The notes below the pieces were generated by a model, which saw only the letters and a list, made by a program, of their open reading frames with translations, was not told the DNA's origin and made no database searches. 64,000 nucleotides of DNA from positions 32,320,001 through 32,384,000 of the forward strand of contig CP068257.2 in NCBI GenBank assembly GCA_009914755.4, given 5' to 3'. Positions within the stretch are counted from its first letter, which is position 1; the number at the start of each line of letters is the position of its first letter. The position numbers were made by a program, and so were the translations under genes. Below, in pieces: positions 1 through 17,525 of this stretch. This DNA comes from the human T2T-CHM13v2.0 reference genome, Homo sapiens.

Positions 1-478
1 GAGTCTCTCTGAATCTGCCGTGATCCTGGGGGCTGCCCGATTCGTGCATTGTTCATTGCTCAATTAAACTCCTTTAAATTTAATTTGGCTGAAGTTTTTC
101 TTTTAATGATACTATGATGTGTCATTATTATTTCACTTTTCAAATTATTCAAAATTATTTTCAATTTTATGGTATGGTACATACCGTAAAATTTCTGTAC
201 TCTTTTAAAGCTTACATTTCAGTGGTTTTCAGTATATTCACAAGGTTGTGCAACCATCACCACTATCTGGTTCTAGAACATTTTCTTCACCCCCAAAGAA
301 GCTTCATACCCATTAGCGGTCACTTTCCATTCCTTCTTCCCCACAGCCCCTGGCAAATTCTGACGGTTTTAATGGTTAAATCTTTTCAATTACATCACAA
401 GACACCATGGAACTCATTACTCTTTCTGGCACATAGTAGGTACTTAGTAAATTTTTTTTTTTTGTGATAAAGCTTTCA

Positions 479-838
<360 letters not shown>

Positions 839-1499
839 CTAGAAGAAGACGACATACAGCTGAGTTGGATTTTTTCCCCCTCCTCTCCCATTTAGAAAAG
901 TCTGAACTCAGAGGTCTCATGTCAACTGGATAATTGTTTTATTGGCCTTATTCTTAACTTAGTGTGATTTAGGAAAAGACAAGGACATCTAGAGTCATGT
1001 TGTAATCACAGTTCTGTGATATTTCATGTTTTTCTAACTCATAAAAATACAGTGAGGAAATCAACAGCTTGGACTGTGGGAAAAGAAGTAAAGCTGAAAC
1101 TCTGATACGCACAGGCCTGAGTATGTTGTTTACAGAATGAAAAGCGAGTTCCACATAAGCTGAGACTTGGCTTCAGTCATGCCTGGGAATCTACAAACTC
1201 AATGCCCTCTCACTGGCAGAACATAAAAGCTAAAGATTACCCCTAATCCCGTGGCATTTTAAAATCCATGGAATGGGCTTTGGTGCTCAGCAATTTTCAC
1301 TTAAAGTCACACACTCTTTTGGAGGTACAAATGTTTCAGTTCCCCCAGTAGTATCTCTGGTAAGACTTACCAGAATGAATATTGATGCAGATGAAGACAC
1401 GATTGTTCTGTCCAGAAGTGATCACACTCCCCTTCACCCCCAAGTTCCACTTTTTAAACAATTCAAATAATGGAAGCTCATGTGACAGCTTTCTGCTGG

Positions 1500-2312
1500 T
1501 AAACCAGAGAATAAGATTCACTGCACTGGAAAAAAAGTGGAAACCACTCACATATTTATCAATGGATGCATGAGTAAACAATATCTGGCATATCCATACA
1601 ATGGAATATTATTCAGCCATAAAAAGGAATGAAGTACTGACACATGCTACCACCCTGAAAAGATGATGCTGGCCGGGCGCAGTGGCTCACGCCTGTAAGC
1701 CCAGCACTTTGGGAGGCCAAGGTGGGTGGATCACCTGAGATCAGGAGTTCAAGACCAGCCCGGCCAACATGGTGAAACCCTGTCTCTACTAAAGATACAA
1801 AAAAAAAAAAAAAAAAAAAAATTAGCTGACCACGGTGGCAGGCGCCTGTGATCCCAGCTACTTCAGGAGGCCGAGGCAGGAGAATCACTTGAACCCAGGA
1901 GGCGGAGGTTGCAGTGAGCCGAGATCGTGACATGGCACTGCAGCCTGGGTGACGAGAGCAAAACTATGGCTCAAAAAGAAAAGAAAAGATGATGCTGAGT
2001 GAGAGAAGCCAGATGACACAAAAGTCTACTTGTATGATTCCATTTATATGACGTGTCAGCAGAAAAACAAACCCGTAGAGACAGAAAGCAGATGAGTGGT
2101 TTCCAGGGTCCGGGGAAGGGAAAAGGGAAGTGACTGCTAACGGGTAAGGCATTAGCTTTAGTTAGTTGATTTCTTTTTGGGGTGATGAATATTCTGGAAT
2201 TAACGGTGATGGTTGCACAACTTTGTGACTATACTAAAAACACTAAATTGTATAGTTTCAGAGAGAAATTTTATAGTGTGTAAACTACATCTCAATTAAA
2301 AAAAAAAAAAGT
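1500..2312 (+). mobile_element. LINE-1 3' end fragment (older L1M/L1P-like; ORF2 C-terminus + 3'UTR + polyA), split by a nested Alu
   Basis: '...catacaatggaatattattcagccataaaaaggaatgaagtactgacacatgctac...' and '...ggtgatggttgcacaactttgtgactatactaaaaacactaaattgtatag...tctcaattaaaaaaaaaaaaa' match the L1 3' end. Confidence 0.8.
1671..1983 (+). mobile_element. Alu SINE (AluS-like) nested inside the L1 fragment
   Basis: Full dimeric Alu with an expanded A-rich middle linker. Perfect 14-bp target-site duplication 'aaaagatgatgctg' at 1657-1670 and 1984-1997. Confidence 0.93.
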
Positions 2313-3156
2313 AAAAAGAAAACGCTGCATAAGCCTCCCGTGGGGTTAAAATAAGAGTAAGAGAAAAAAACATGACTTCATTGTGTGGGTGCCTGTGTTG
2401 AAGATGATTTAGTAGCTTCTGCCGTGAGGCATTTGCTAGAATAAAATCCTTTCTGCCCTCATCATTGTCAGCACACTGGTTCGGGCCTTTAGCACTCCTA
2501 CCTGGATCGTGGAACTAAAGAATTTTAGCAGCTGACAAGGACCTTAAAGATTGTAGCCTAACTCTCTCGCTTGTCAGGGGAGGCAGCTGGTGCCAGGCAG
2601 AAGAAGTGGCATGTTTGGAGTGGCCTGCCTGGTGTCTGAGCCACACCTGACACCCAGTGTTCTTTCCACTGGGCCTTTATTGCAATTGTTTTCCTCTCTC
2701 TTTAGTCTCTTCCTGCTCCAGTAGGATTGTACATTCCACTGACCTAATCTTCCCGAAATACAGATCTCATCACGTCACTGCCCTGCTGAAAAAACCCACA
2801 GTGGCTCCCCACTGCCTTCAGGCCCAGACCCCGGGAGCCTCCTTCACCTTCTGTCCACTTCTTGGCTCTCATGGCTTCCTAAACAAACTCCCTTTGCCAC
2901 TGCAGCACATGGCGTGTGTCCCAATATCACGCTTCTGGGCACATGTTGTTAATCCACTTTGCATATGTTTATGTCTTTGTGGCTCAGCTAGATTGCAAGT
3001 TTCTCGGAGACCAGGATCATGCCTTTGACCTCCTGACACAGGGCACAGTGCAATTCCTTGTACTTGTTAGGGGTCTGGAAATATTTGTAGATTAGTTGAT
3101 TTCATTCACAACCACAGCTAGTCTTCACCTGGTACACCTAAGAATATCTTGGAGGA

Positions 3157-3495
<339 letters not shown>

Positions 3496-4732
3496 TCACT
3501 GTTTTATGCTGCGTCTCTCATGAGTTTAACTTTTGGGTGTAATCTGGACAAGAAGATTCTCGAAACCTCCTATGAGATTGGATTTACTGTCAAAAAAGCA
3601 AAACACACTGACTTCAAAAGAAAAAAGCAAACATTATTTTTGAAACAACCTTTTAATTTCTTATAGAAGTACTGTAATTTGTGTTCTTGGAGATTTAGAA
3701 AATTCAGAGAAAGTTCCAAGAAAATAAAGAAGAAAATTGAAAGCTCCCATAATCCTAGCCCCTAGGGGCTGTCTATTGATAATCTTTCATTTTTACAGCC
3801 ATTTTTCTATGCACACACAAACACCACATATATATTCTTTACAAAAATGAGATTCCACTCTGTATACTGTTTTATATCATGCTTTTAAATTAAGATAAAA
3901 ATTAAAATTTAATAGGACTGCATTAAGTGGGAACAATTTTGCTGCTGTCAACTCGAGAGAGCATTCCAATGACACAGAGAAAGAGCAACTCCCTATTTGT
4001 TTTGCTTCTTTGCAAAACAAACAGGGTAAGAAGAGTTCTGAGAACTAAGGGGCAAGGTGCCTTCCTAGCTGCCGACTTGAGTTGGGCGTGGAGTTGCTTC
4101 ATCTCCTTCTCTGTGTCTCCTCACCAGTTCTATTGAAGGAATTGGAGCTTGTACCCATGAAGGTCCTTTTCTAGTTTTTGGATTTTGTAAGCTTTGTTTT
4201 ACATTTCTCCCATCCCTTCTTTGTGAATATTTCAGAGCCCTCTACTCAAGAGGGTAGGGGATGTGGCTACTTTGTTCCCTGTTTTGTTGCCAGCATGGTG
4301 CCTGGCAAAGAATAGACACTCAATAAATATTTGGTAATGAATGAATGGGTGAGACTCTCATGAGTGATGTCCTTTGTTATGGAAATCACTAGGCCACATG
4401 GTCTTCTTTTGGAAGCACCAAGTAGGAATTCTATATTTAGGTTCTTGGAATTGAAATAATAACACAAGTGACATTGTACATTAATCAATTAATGGAATAT
4501 ATGTAGCTGTGGCCCCATGAGGGAGTTCTTGTTAATTCCATTCCACAAGTGGCCAGGGTCCACTGCTAGCCTCATGATCCCAGGTCCCGGGTCCCCTCTG
4601 CTAATCTTCACTTTTGGGCACCACGGTTTCTCTCTGGTTGGGTAAGTCATTCCACGACCAGTAAGGCAAGCTTAAGGCCGAAGTTTTCAAATGTCAGTGT
4701 TCTTAAGAATTGCCCAGGCCTTACTAATCCCA

Positions 4733-5044
<312 letters not shown>

Positions 5045-5235
5045 TGATTTGAATGCAGGTGGTCTGAAACCTATCGAGAACACTAGCTTGAAACATTTCA
5101 GATTCAGTGTTTTGTAAAGCAGAGGAGAGGCCATGATTGGCCATTAGGAGCTTCATCAAGCGTCAGCTTGCCCACAGCTTTGGTTTCCAGGGAGACTGGG
5201 AAGTAACAATACAATAGTTCATCTTCATTATGAGT

Positions 5236-5445
5236 GTACCATGCCAAGAGCTTTCCTAAGTGCTTTACATTCATTATCCTCTTTAATTCTCTTAAGAATT
5301 GTATGAGGTAGGTCCTATTATTACCTCTATCTTACAAGGAAACTGAGGATCAGACAAGGATATCTAGCTTATCCATGATTAGGTAGAGCTGACAATGGGA
5401 TTAAATAATCAAGTCCTGCTACTGCCAGGTTAAGAAAACCCAGCT
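5236..5445 (-). mobile_element. MIR SINE fragment, minus orientation
   Basis: '...aagtgctttacattcattatcctctttaattctcttaagaattgtatgaggtaggtcctattattacctctatcttacaaggaaactgaggatcagacaagg...' matches the reverse complement of the MIR core. Confidence 0.65.
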
Positions 5446-5669
5446 CTTTGTTGTTTTATAACAACTGGGGGAAGCTGGTGTGCATCATTGGCTGATAGGA
5501 AGAGAAATTGAATTCCACATCTATGTCCTACTTCATGCATGGATTGCTCTCAACAACCGTGAAACGGAATACAAAACAGTGAAACAGGTGAAATTCACAT
5601 CTTGTCTTTCCGTGTGCATACTCTTAGGACCAGCCCTGGCCATGTTCTGTATATGACCACTTTAACCTC

Positions 5670-7059
<1,390 letters not shown>

Positions 7060-7124
7060 ACCCCTGAATTGTTTTAACAGGGATATTTGAATATTGAGTA
7101 CTGACCAGATATTTACTGATATTA

Positions 7125-7497
<373 letters not shown>

Positions 7498-7518
7498 TTA
7501 AAAAGTCTTTATGTTTTT

Positions 7519-7647
7519 AGCTGGGTGCGGTGGCTCAGGACTGTAATTCCAGCTACATGAGAGGATTGCCTGAGGCCAGGAGTTTGAGACCAGCCTGAAC
7601 AACATAGTGAGTACCTGTCTCTAAAAAAAAAAAAAAAAAAAAAAAAA
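7519..7647 (+). mobile_element. Monomeric Alu (FLAM/left-monomer-like) retrocopy with A-tail
   Basis: ~105-bp left-arm-like sequence 'gctgggtgcggtggctcaggactgtaattccagctacatgagagg...gagaccagcctgaacaacatagtgag' plus (A)24. Flanked by a ~19-bp direct repeat 'aaaagtctttatgtttttag' / 'aaagtctttatattttag'. Confidence 0.8.
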
Positions 7648-8100
7648 GTCTTTATATTTTAGAGTTATATACTGTAATATGTATGAATGAAATGCTATGA
7701 GGTTTTAGATTTGTTTCAAAACACTCCAATGTGTGTGTGTTGGGAGGAAGTAGATAAAACAGGGCTGGTGATAGGATGATAATTGTTGAAGCTAGCTGAT
7801 GAGCACATAGAGCTTGATTACACTATTACTTCAAGTTTGTACATGTTTGGACATTTCCATAATGTAAAAACACAATTACATGCTTCAAGTCTCAATCCCT
7901 AGGTCTCTTACACTCTGGGAATGGATTTAATAAATTTAGCAAATGCACCTGAGGTTAATAATGGATTTATACATTGCTGTGGCTACAGAACATTTACATT
8001 TTGACACAGGTCTTCAATATCTTAATCTAAATAAGCAAATATTGTGGAAATTTCAGACATTACCCCAATCTGACAGGGCAAATATTTTTATTAGTTCTAA

Positions 8101-8626
<526 letters not shown>

Positions 8627-10113
8627 TGACATCATGGCATTTCAAATTGTGTAACATTCAGAACGTTTTCTGTTGTATCCTTTCCTAGGTCTTCATTACT
8701 TTCCTGGGACTTGACAGGGCATATTGAATCTATCCTGTAATGCATGGGAATAAATAAGGATTCCAAAACGTGAATTGGATTTAGTTAATTTTTGTTTCTC
8801 CATGTCTCCATACACACAGGCAGCATGAGTGAGCATCTAGTATGTATTGGATATGTGCTGGGTTGATACCATAAAGAGATTTATAAAATGGTGCCGACTT
8901 TGAGGGGTTCACACTCTGGGGGAAAGACTGTGCTGTCTAAGTGAATAAATTTGGAGATTGAGGGCTTCATGGAGAGGAGGAAAGTTGTGCTTTATAACAT
9001 CATGGCATATTTGCATGAGCCATGCAAATAAGAAGCTCATCACCCACCCGATTTATGTCAGAATCAGAACCCAAAGCCAGGGACCCACCAACCAACTGTT
9101 CGGCCCAGCACAGTTTCCCTGTGGCAATTCCACTTCTTTTTTTCTTATCTTACGTCGCAGTGTACTTTGTCTCTTGTAACTCCTGCAGGATTTTTCTTAA
9201 AGCCTTACATGGTGCTGTTATCACGTGGCACAAAATGAAGCCGACCTCTTTGTGTGTGGGAATAGAGGGAGCATTACACTGCTGGGATGCAACAGATGGA
9301 GGGTGGAAAGCTGTCCAGCACCTTGTCTCTTCCAAGATACATAGCCCAGGGGTATTCCCATTCCTCCACGACACAAATGACAACTTCCTTGAGCTCTGAT
9401 GGCTTGCCAGGTGGCTGATGGCGTGGAGAACCTTGCTCATGTTTACCTGTTCTTGCATCCATTACTCACCTCTGCCCACGTGCCCCCACACTTGCACACA
9501 AAGCCACAGAGTGGCTTAAAAAAAAAAAATGAAAAGCCTCCCCCCAACCCTATTGTAAAATGTCAAGTGTTTCAGTTTTGAGAAAAAAGAAAGCTGAAGA
9601 AACCATGACTCATGACATGGGCTGACAAACAACGATCTGAAGGTATGCTGGTGAGTCACACTGTGGAGCTCTGCCTTTGTGTTGTGGTGAGGGCCGGGGC
9701 TGGAAGGAGTGTCATGGGACCAGCCAGTAAAATTCCACTACTCTCCGAAGCCGATTGGGAGGCAATTTAAAAACCCTGGGCTTTTTCCAGCCCCAGTGTA
9801 GTGGATGACTCTGGGTCCCCTCAGGTATGTCGATCTGTATGGGAAATCAGGAAGAATGATTATTAATAACTGGAAAAAAAAAACCTGTTAGTATCTTTCC
9901 ATGCCCAATGCCATGCTGAACCAGCCCTGCCTGCTTCTGCAAGCCAGCGAGGCTGCTGGATTTTCTCGAAGGGTATTGAGTTGCTAAGCAACAGCACTGG
10001 CGGCGCCTATCATGCCCAGCGATGTCAATGCCTGAGTGTGGCCTGCAGAGCACATTTGCTCCCCTCCCCCTCGCCTCCTCTCGACCCCTTCCCCCCACTA
10101 CATGAGAACATTA

Positions 10114-10162
10114 ATTTGCATCTCAGGGACAGGAGCTGTGCCAGGTGATTCTGTGTATAAAA
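10114..10162 (+). promoter_or_regulatory. Candidate core promoter motif pair: octamer ATTTGCAT (10114-10121) 35 bp upstream of TATAAAA (10156-10162), in repeat-free DNA
   Basis: Motifs read directly. A TGACGT (CRE-like) lies at 10220-10225. No ORF follows, and the function is speculative. Confidence 0.15.
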
Positions 10163-11436
10163 CAGCGCAGTGCAGCCCCTGAAGCACAAATATTGTTTTG
10201 GGTTGCAAGGCGGTGCATGTGACGTAGTTGAAAATACAGACTCATTTGTGTATACTCCCCACGTAAGGAGGGTAGGCTTCATCTAAAAGCCTGCGTGTCA
10301 AATACTCCTTTCTAATACATCCTGGTGTGCTCTGCCTTGAAGTGTTTTTTTCCTGTCTGCCCATCCAGCATCTTATTTATGCCCCATTCTGTCCCTCTCT
10401 CTCGTTGCCTTTGTTCTGTGGTCTCCTGGGTGATGGAGTTATTGTTTGTGTGTAGGGATGTGTGGATAAAAGGGAGCTGATTTCTAGAGGTGAGATGGCC
10501 CTGTGGTTAACGGTTGGAGGCTGCTGTTGACAAGGCCTGTTGCTGTGGCAGTTTTGCTCCGGAAGTGGCCATTTTCTGGGCAGGGCTCCACCAGAGCACC
10601 ATCTGTCTGTGCCTTTTACTTCCTGTCAAGAGGCAGCAGGCTTCGTGAGCTGGGGAAGTGCCAGAAGCAGCCTTCGAATTAGACAGACCTGGACCCAAAC
10701 CCTTTCTCTTCCCCCCACCCATTTTGGCATCTTGGCACGAGACTGTCCCCATTTCTGGAAAGGGTGTTCACAAGAACAGTCTGGCTGGGTTGTTGGGATG
10801 ACCGAGTGTGATCATGCGTCTCTATGGCTGGCCATGGTGTTTATTCGATGGCAGGTATTACCAGGATGGAGCGAGTCCCAGTAGGAAGGGCCTTTAGGAT
10901 GTCATCTGGTTCCACCCAACAGGGATGGGAACTGTAATTCCCCACTCTCCCTGTGGAGAATCAGGGCGGGCTCCGGATGGATGGCCAAAGGCTGCACAGA
11001 GGTGAGCCTCCAGGGTTGGGTTCTAAGCGCTGTTCACACTCCTGTCCCAGTGGTGTTTGGTCTGGGGCACATTGTGATATGTGTTTCCCTCCTTTCTTAA
11101 AATTAGCTCTTGGCTTCAGGGCCTTGTAGTGGACTGATGTCCCTCCTTAACTGAACAGTCAGTCTGCTTATTTTTTTGGGGTGGTTTAGGGGTAAAAATA
11201 AGTAGATAACTGAACAAAGCTGGCTGGCAGGAACCTTCGGCTGACCGCAGGGCTTTGGTGGTGGTCAAGACCTGGAATTGGATTTGAGGCCTGGCCAGCG
11301 TGAAGGATATGCCATAGGAGCCCAGGAGGATGACTCTGCCAGGCCTGCTTTTGACATGTCTGTCATGCTTCATGCTTTATGCTGCTCTGGGCCATTAAGC
11401 AAGAACTAAATCTGATGCCCAATCAAGGCTGAGCTC

Positions 11437-11740
11437 TTTTTTTTTTTGAGACACTGTCTCACTCTCTTGCCCAGGCTGTAGTGCAGTAGTGTGATCATGG
11501 CTCACTGCAGCCTCAGTCTCCTGGACTCAAGTGATCCTCCCACCTCAGCCTTCTGAGTAGCTGGGAGTACAGGTGAGTCAGGTGAGTCCCACCACACCCG
11601 GCTAATTTTTTTTTTTTTTTTGGTAGAGATGGGGTTTCACTGTGTTACCCAGGCTGGTCTCAAACTCCTGGGCTGAAGACCATCCACTCGCCTCAGCCTC
11701 CCAGTGTTGGGACTATAGGCGTGAGCCACTCATCTAGTCT
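11437..11740 (-). mobile_element. Alu SINE, minus orientation
   Basis: Reverse-complement Alu consensus. TSD 'aggctgagctc' at 11426-11436 and 11741-11751. Confidence 0.92.
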
Positions 11741-12389
11741 AGGCTGAGCTCCTAAACAGGAAATGTGTGGCATGGCTTCTTTGAAGGTGGCTTTCTCATT
11801 CTGAGTTTTAAACCACAACCACTGAAGATGGTTAGTGCCTGCAGAATGCGTACCATTTCCACTCAGAGAAACCATTCCTCCTTAAGGAAAGCTGGGGCCG
11901 TTCCTGGTCTGGCGTTCCCAGTGAAGGAAGAACCAAGTGGATGCCCCTCAACCCCAGCCCGAGGCAGCTGTGTCGTTATGGTCCAGCTGGGCACCCCACT
12001 CTTTAGGAGGTGGAGAGGGAAACAGGGGGATTGGTCTAGGTTTGTGTGGGTCAGAGCCAGGTGAGAAGTTATAGTAGTTGCTGGGCAAAGTAAATAAGAA
12101 GGAGACAGAAAGGCCCAGGCACGCAGGAGACCCCAGCTAAAAGGGCAGGGAGAGGGACACGTTGGTGGTCAAGAAGAGGGAAATGAGGAGGGGCTTTTGG
12201 AGATCCCGCCAAAGAGGTGTTCTGTGAACCCCTCCCGCTGACACACCTACTGAAGGGTCCACTGAGACAGCAAAGCAGGAAGGGTGGAAAGGGTCCGCCA
12301 GGGGCAGTGCCTGACATGTGCTAGAGGTGACGTAGAATCTGGGATCAGCGACAAAAGATCACACCTAGAACCGTGGTCAAGGATGTGAG

Positions 12390-12790
12390 CCAGATTTTCT
12401 GGGGCTCAGTCCTGGGTTTGTCACTTAACTGTGTCACTTGGAGCAAGTCACATACCTCTGGCAGTCTCAGTTGCTCATCAGAAAAATGGGAATTTTATAT
12501 ATATATATAAAAAATATAATTATATATTTATTTATAATATGTGTATATATAATTATATGATTATAATAATCACAAATGGGATTATATATAATATATAATT
12601 ATACATTAATTTATAATATATATTTATTTATAATATATGTGTGTATATATACGCATATATACATATGTATGTATGTCTATATCTCTATCTTTCGGGTTGT
12701 TTTGAGAATTAAATGACCTAACCCATGTAAAGCCCTGTGTACCGTGCCTGGCATGTAGGATACTTCATCACTGTCACCTGTTTTTGTTGT
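12390..12790 (+). mobile_element. MIR SINE split by an internal AT-rich microsatellite expansion
   Basis: Left part '...tcagtcctgggtttgtcacttaactgtgtcacttggagcaagtcacatacctctggcagtctcagttgctcatcagaaaaatggga'. Right part 'gggttgttttgagaattaaatgacctaacccatgtaaagccctgtgtaccgtgcctggcatgtaggatac' matches the MIR 3' half. Confidence 0.65.
12495..12690. repeat. AT-rich (TA)n / (TATAA)-like low-complexity tract
   Basis: Read directly: 'atatatatataaaaaatataattatatatttatttataatat...'. It sits at the position of the MIR 'ataataatag' segment. Confidence 0.9.
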
Positions 12791-14037
12791 TATGACCTGA
12801 GCATCTCCCTGTTCACCAGCCCTTGTTCTTTAGCCACAGGTTGAAGATGACAGTAGATCCTAAGGAACCTCAGTTCTATCCCGAAATGCGAAGGCCTTTT
12901 TACTCAACCACAAAGAAGTGGTCAGCAGAAAACTGGTCATCCCGGCCTCTGGGGCCATGCACAGCACTCAGGAGGAGCTACTATTTTCCCTGCCTGTTTA
13001 CATGCGGCCTGGGGCCTTGTGGGCTATTTGAAAATTAGGACACGAGAAGTCCAAGCAGCACCTGGTAATTAAACTGAGTCCTCTATCAGAGAGAGGCGTG
13101 ACCTTGAAGGGCATCCATACAGGAGCCAGGGGCAAAGCAGAAGGTGGGAGGGATTCTCCAGGCTTGACCCTCTCAGCACATCTCAGTCAGGGGTGCCTGG
13201 CAGCCTAGATTCCAGCCCTGCCCAGTGCCACCCAGAGACCTGAGGGAGGTGGACAGCTGCTCAGCTGGGTGATGGGAGCCTCTAGAAATAGTTGTCAACC
13301 TCATCAAACCAGAGATGAGCCCTTAGGACAGCCAGGGTGTTGATTTCCAGCCAGGCAGGGCATTGGTTCTCCAGTGGGATGTGGACAAGGTTCACTGCAG
13401 CCTCTCAGCAGATGAACTAGGGGAGAGACACTACCCCAACCATGCTCCCCCGACCCTTCGGTGTTAAGTGAAAGTATCTTCCTTTTTTCTCTCTGCTCTC
13501 TCCGCTTTACAACAAAATATTATCTTTAGTCTGCAAAACCAGGGCCAGGAAGAATCTTCACAGCTAGACAGGGCCATGGAAAGATGATGAGGCATATCAG
13601 GAACTATGTAATCTTGTAATACTTCTGCTGCAAAACCTCCTGACGTTCTGAATGAACAGTCACATGCAGCCTCTTCAGTGCAAAACTGAGCTCATAAGAA
13701 AGTAAAGCAAATCTGTAGGGGCCAAATGAAGAGTGAACTGGAAGTCAGAGCTTCAAGTACATGACTGATGTGGTGTATCCCTTGGGGATGGGGGTGTACA
13801 CGCTGGTTTTGGGAAGCAGGGCACTTGGGTTTGAAAGTTCATCCAGGACATTTGTGTGACTCTCAGTTTTTGAATATTGGTGAATAGTGCTGCTTAGAAC
13901 ATTCTGGTATGTGAGTTTTTGTTGCACATAAGGTATTTATGTTGAACAAATATTTAAGAGAAAAATTATTGAATTTAGGTATGTATAACCTCAGATTTGG
14001 AGAATACTGCTAAACAGTTTTTCAAAGTTGCTGTTCA

Positions 14038-14360
<323 letters not shown>

Positions 14361-14397
14361 GTCCAACAGCAATGACAACAGTGTAGGAGCATTCTAA

Positions 14398-14776
<379 letters not shown>

Positions 14777-14952
14777 TTGGATTTGCATTTCTAGGATGAT
14801 GAATGAGAGTGTACTTTCTCATATGTATTGTGGCAATTTGATACCTGCTTTTATGAAGTGTTTGTTCAAGTATTTTGCTCATTTTTTCTATTGGGTCATC
14901 TGTATTTTTCTTACTGATTTACAGTTTATACTTGATTTATAGATTTGTTTGA

Positions 14953-15323
<371 letters not shown>

Positions 15324-15599
15324 CTCGTTCTCTTAATGGTGTTTTTGATAAGCAGATGTCCTTGATTTTATTAAAGTTCAAGTCTCTTATTTTTTCCTTA
15401 TAGTTATTACTTTGTGAGACCTACTTAAGAAATATTGCTTAGTCCAAAATAATATATTTTCCTGTGATTTCTTTTAGAAGCTTTATTTTTATATTTTTCA
15501 AATTTAGAGCTACAATCCAATCCATCTTGAATTCTTTTTTTGTATATATAGTTTTAAAAAAATATATAGAGGTTGGTATTAATTTTTTTACATCTAGAT

Positions 15600-16095
15600 A
15601 GCCAACTGACCCAACACTATTTATTGAAAATAATATTATTTCTCTTGTGTTACATTGTCACCATTGCTGTAAATCAAGAGACCGTATATCTATAGGTCAG
15701 TTTCTGGATCCTGGATTCTGTTCCAATGGTCTATTTGTTTATCCTTGTGACATTATCTTACTGTATACCATTACTTCATTCTATAATGAGTCTTGATATC
15801 AAATAGGGAAAGTCTTCCAACTTTGTTTTTCTTTAAGATTGTCTTGGTTCTTTTTGCCCCTTAACATTTTCATATAAAATTTAGAATGAGCTTGTCAATT
15901 TCCATGCACGCTCACAATAAACCCGCTGGGATTTTTATTAGAATTACACAGAAACTCTAGATATGCCAGATTGTAGAGAGTTTATATCTTTATAATATTG
16001 AATCTTCCAATATTGAATGGTAGAGCTCTTACACAACTTCCATTATGTTAATACCTAGGTTTGTGATTTTTTGGATGCTACTATTTATTAGTCTG
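15600..16095 (-). mobile_element. LINE-1 fragment, antisense (mid-ORF2 region)
   Basis: 'ccaacactatttattgaaaataatattatttctc...agtcttccaactttgtttttctttaagattgtcttggttctttttgccccttaacattttcatataaaatttagaatgagcttgtcaatttcc...' matches the reverse complement of L1 ORF2. Confidence 0.7.
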
Positions 16096-16500
16096 TTCAG
16101 GCTGCCATAACAAAATAACATAGACTGGGTAGCTTAAAAAACAGAAATTGATTTCTCACAATTCTGGTGGTTGGGAAGTTCAAAATGAAGGTACCAGCCA
16201 ATTTGGTTCCTAGTGAGCATTTTTCCTGGTGTAGGAGATGGTTATTCTTCTAGGTGGGCACCATCTTGCTATGTGTTCACATGATCTCTTCTTTGTGGGT
16301 GTGTCGCAAGAGATAGCAAGTGAGCAAGCTCCCTGGTGTCTCTTCTTATAAGGGCACTAATTCCATCATGAAAGGCCCACCTTCATGGCCTCATGTAACC
16401 TTAATTACTTCCCCAAAGCCCCATTTTCAAATACAATATATTGGGGGTTAGGGCTTCAACATGTGAATTTTGGAGGGACATAAACATTCAGTACGTAACA
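16095..16500 (+). mobile_element. MaLR-type solo LTR (MLT1-like), copy 1 of 3 related copies
   Basis: 'tattagtctgttcaggctgccataacaaaataacatagactgggtagcttaaaaaacagaaatt...tcttataagggcac...aaaggcccacc...ggggttagggcttcaacatgtgaattttggagggacataaacattcag'. The exact family name is uncertain. Confidence 0.5.
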
Positions 16501-17126
16501 TACTATAAATTCTTCATGTAGGTTCAAGGTTCAAATGTATATTACCCATTTGGTCTGGGAATTCTTAAGATAAAAGATTAATATAGAAGTGGTATCAAGC
16601 AGTGATGGTATCCCTGCAATGTCTGTCAGAAGCAATAAAAAATCTTCTCTGGAGGAACATTCCCTCAATTCAGGCAGTTGAAGATTGCTACAAACAGAGT
16701 CCTACTAAATATAAGTTCACAATCCAATTACAAAACATACGAGGAATCAATTTACCATGAGCAAGAGTCAGCCGACCAAGCAACTGATGGATTATGTTTC
16801 AAGAACTTAAGATAATAGAACTATCAAATATACTATAAAATAAATATATTTAAAATTATTAAAGACTTAAAAAGGAATTGAAAATTGATAAAGAGAATAA
16901 GACTATTAAAAGGAGGAGGCAGATTTGAAAAAGAATAATATTAATAAAAATGAAAAGTATATAGTCATTAAAATTAAAAACTCAATGGACAGATTAGAGA
17001 CAGCTGAAGGGGAATTAGGGACTTGGAAGGTACAGGAAATTTCACAGAAAGCAGTTTAGAGAGATTAAGAGATGGAAAATATGAAAGAGAGATTAAGAGA
17101 CAAGTAGGACAGAATGAGAAATTCTA

Positions 17127-17525
<399 letters not shown>

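Noticed and set aside
9940-10110. Possible CpG island in the GC-rich stretch 'ggcggcgcctatcatgcccagcgatg...ctcgcctcctctcgacc'
   Set aside because: There are only ~6 CpGs in ~150 bp, and it is surrounded by CpG-poor sequence. That is too small and sparse to call an island.
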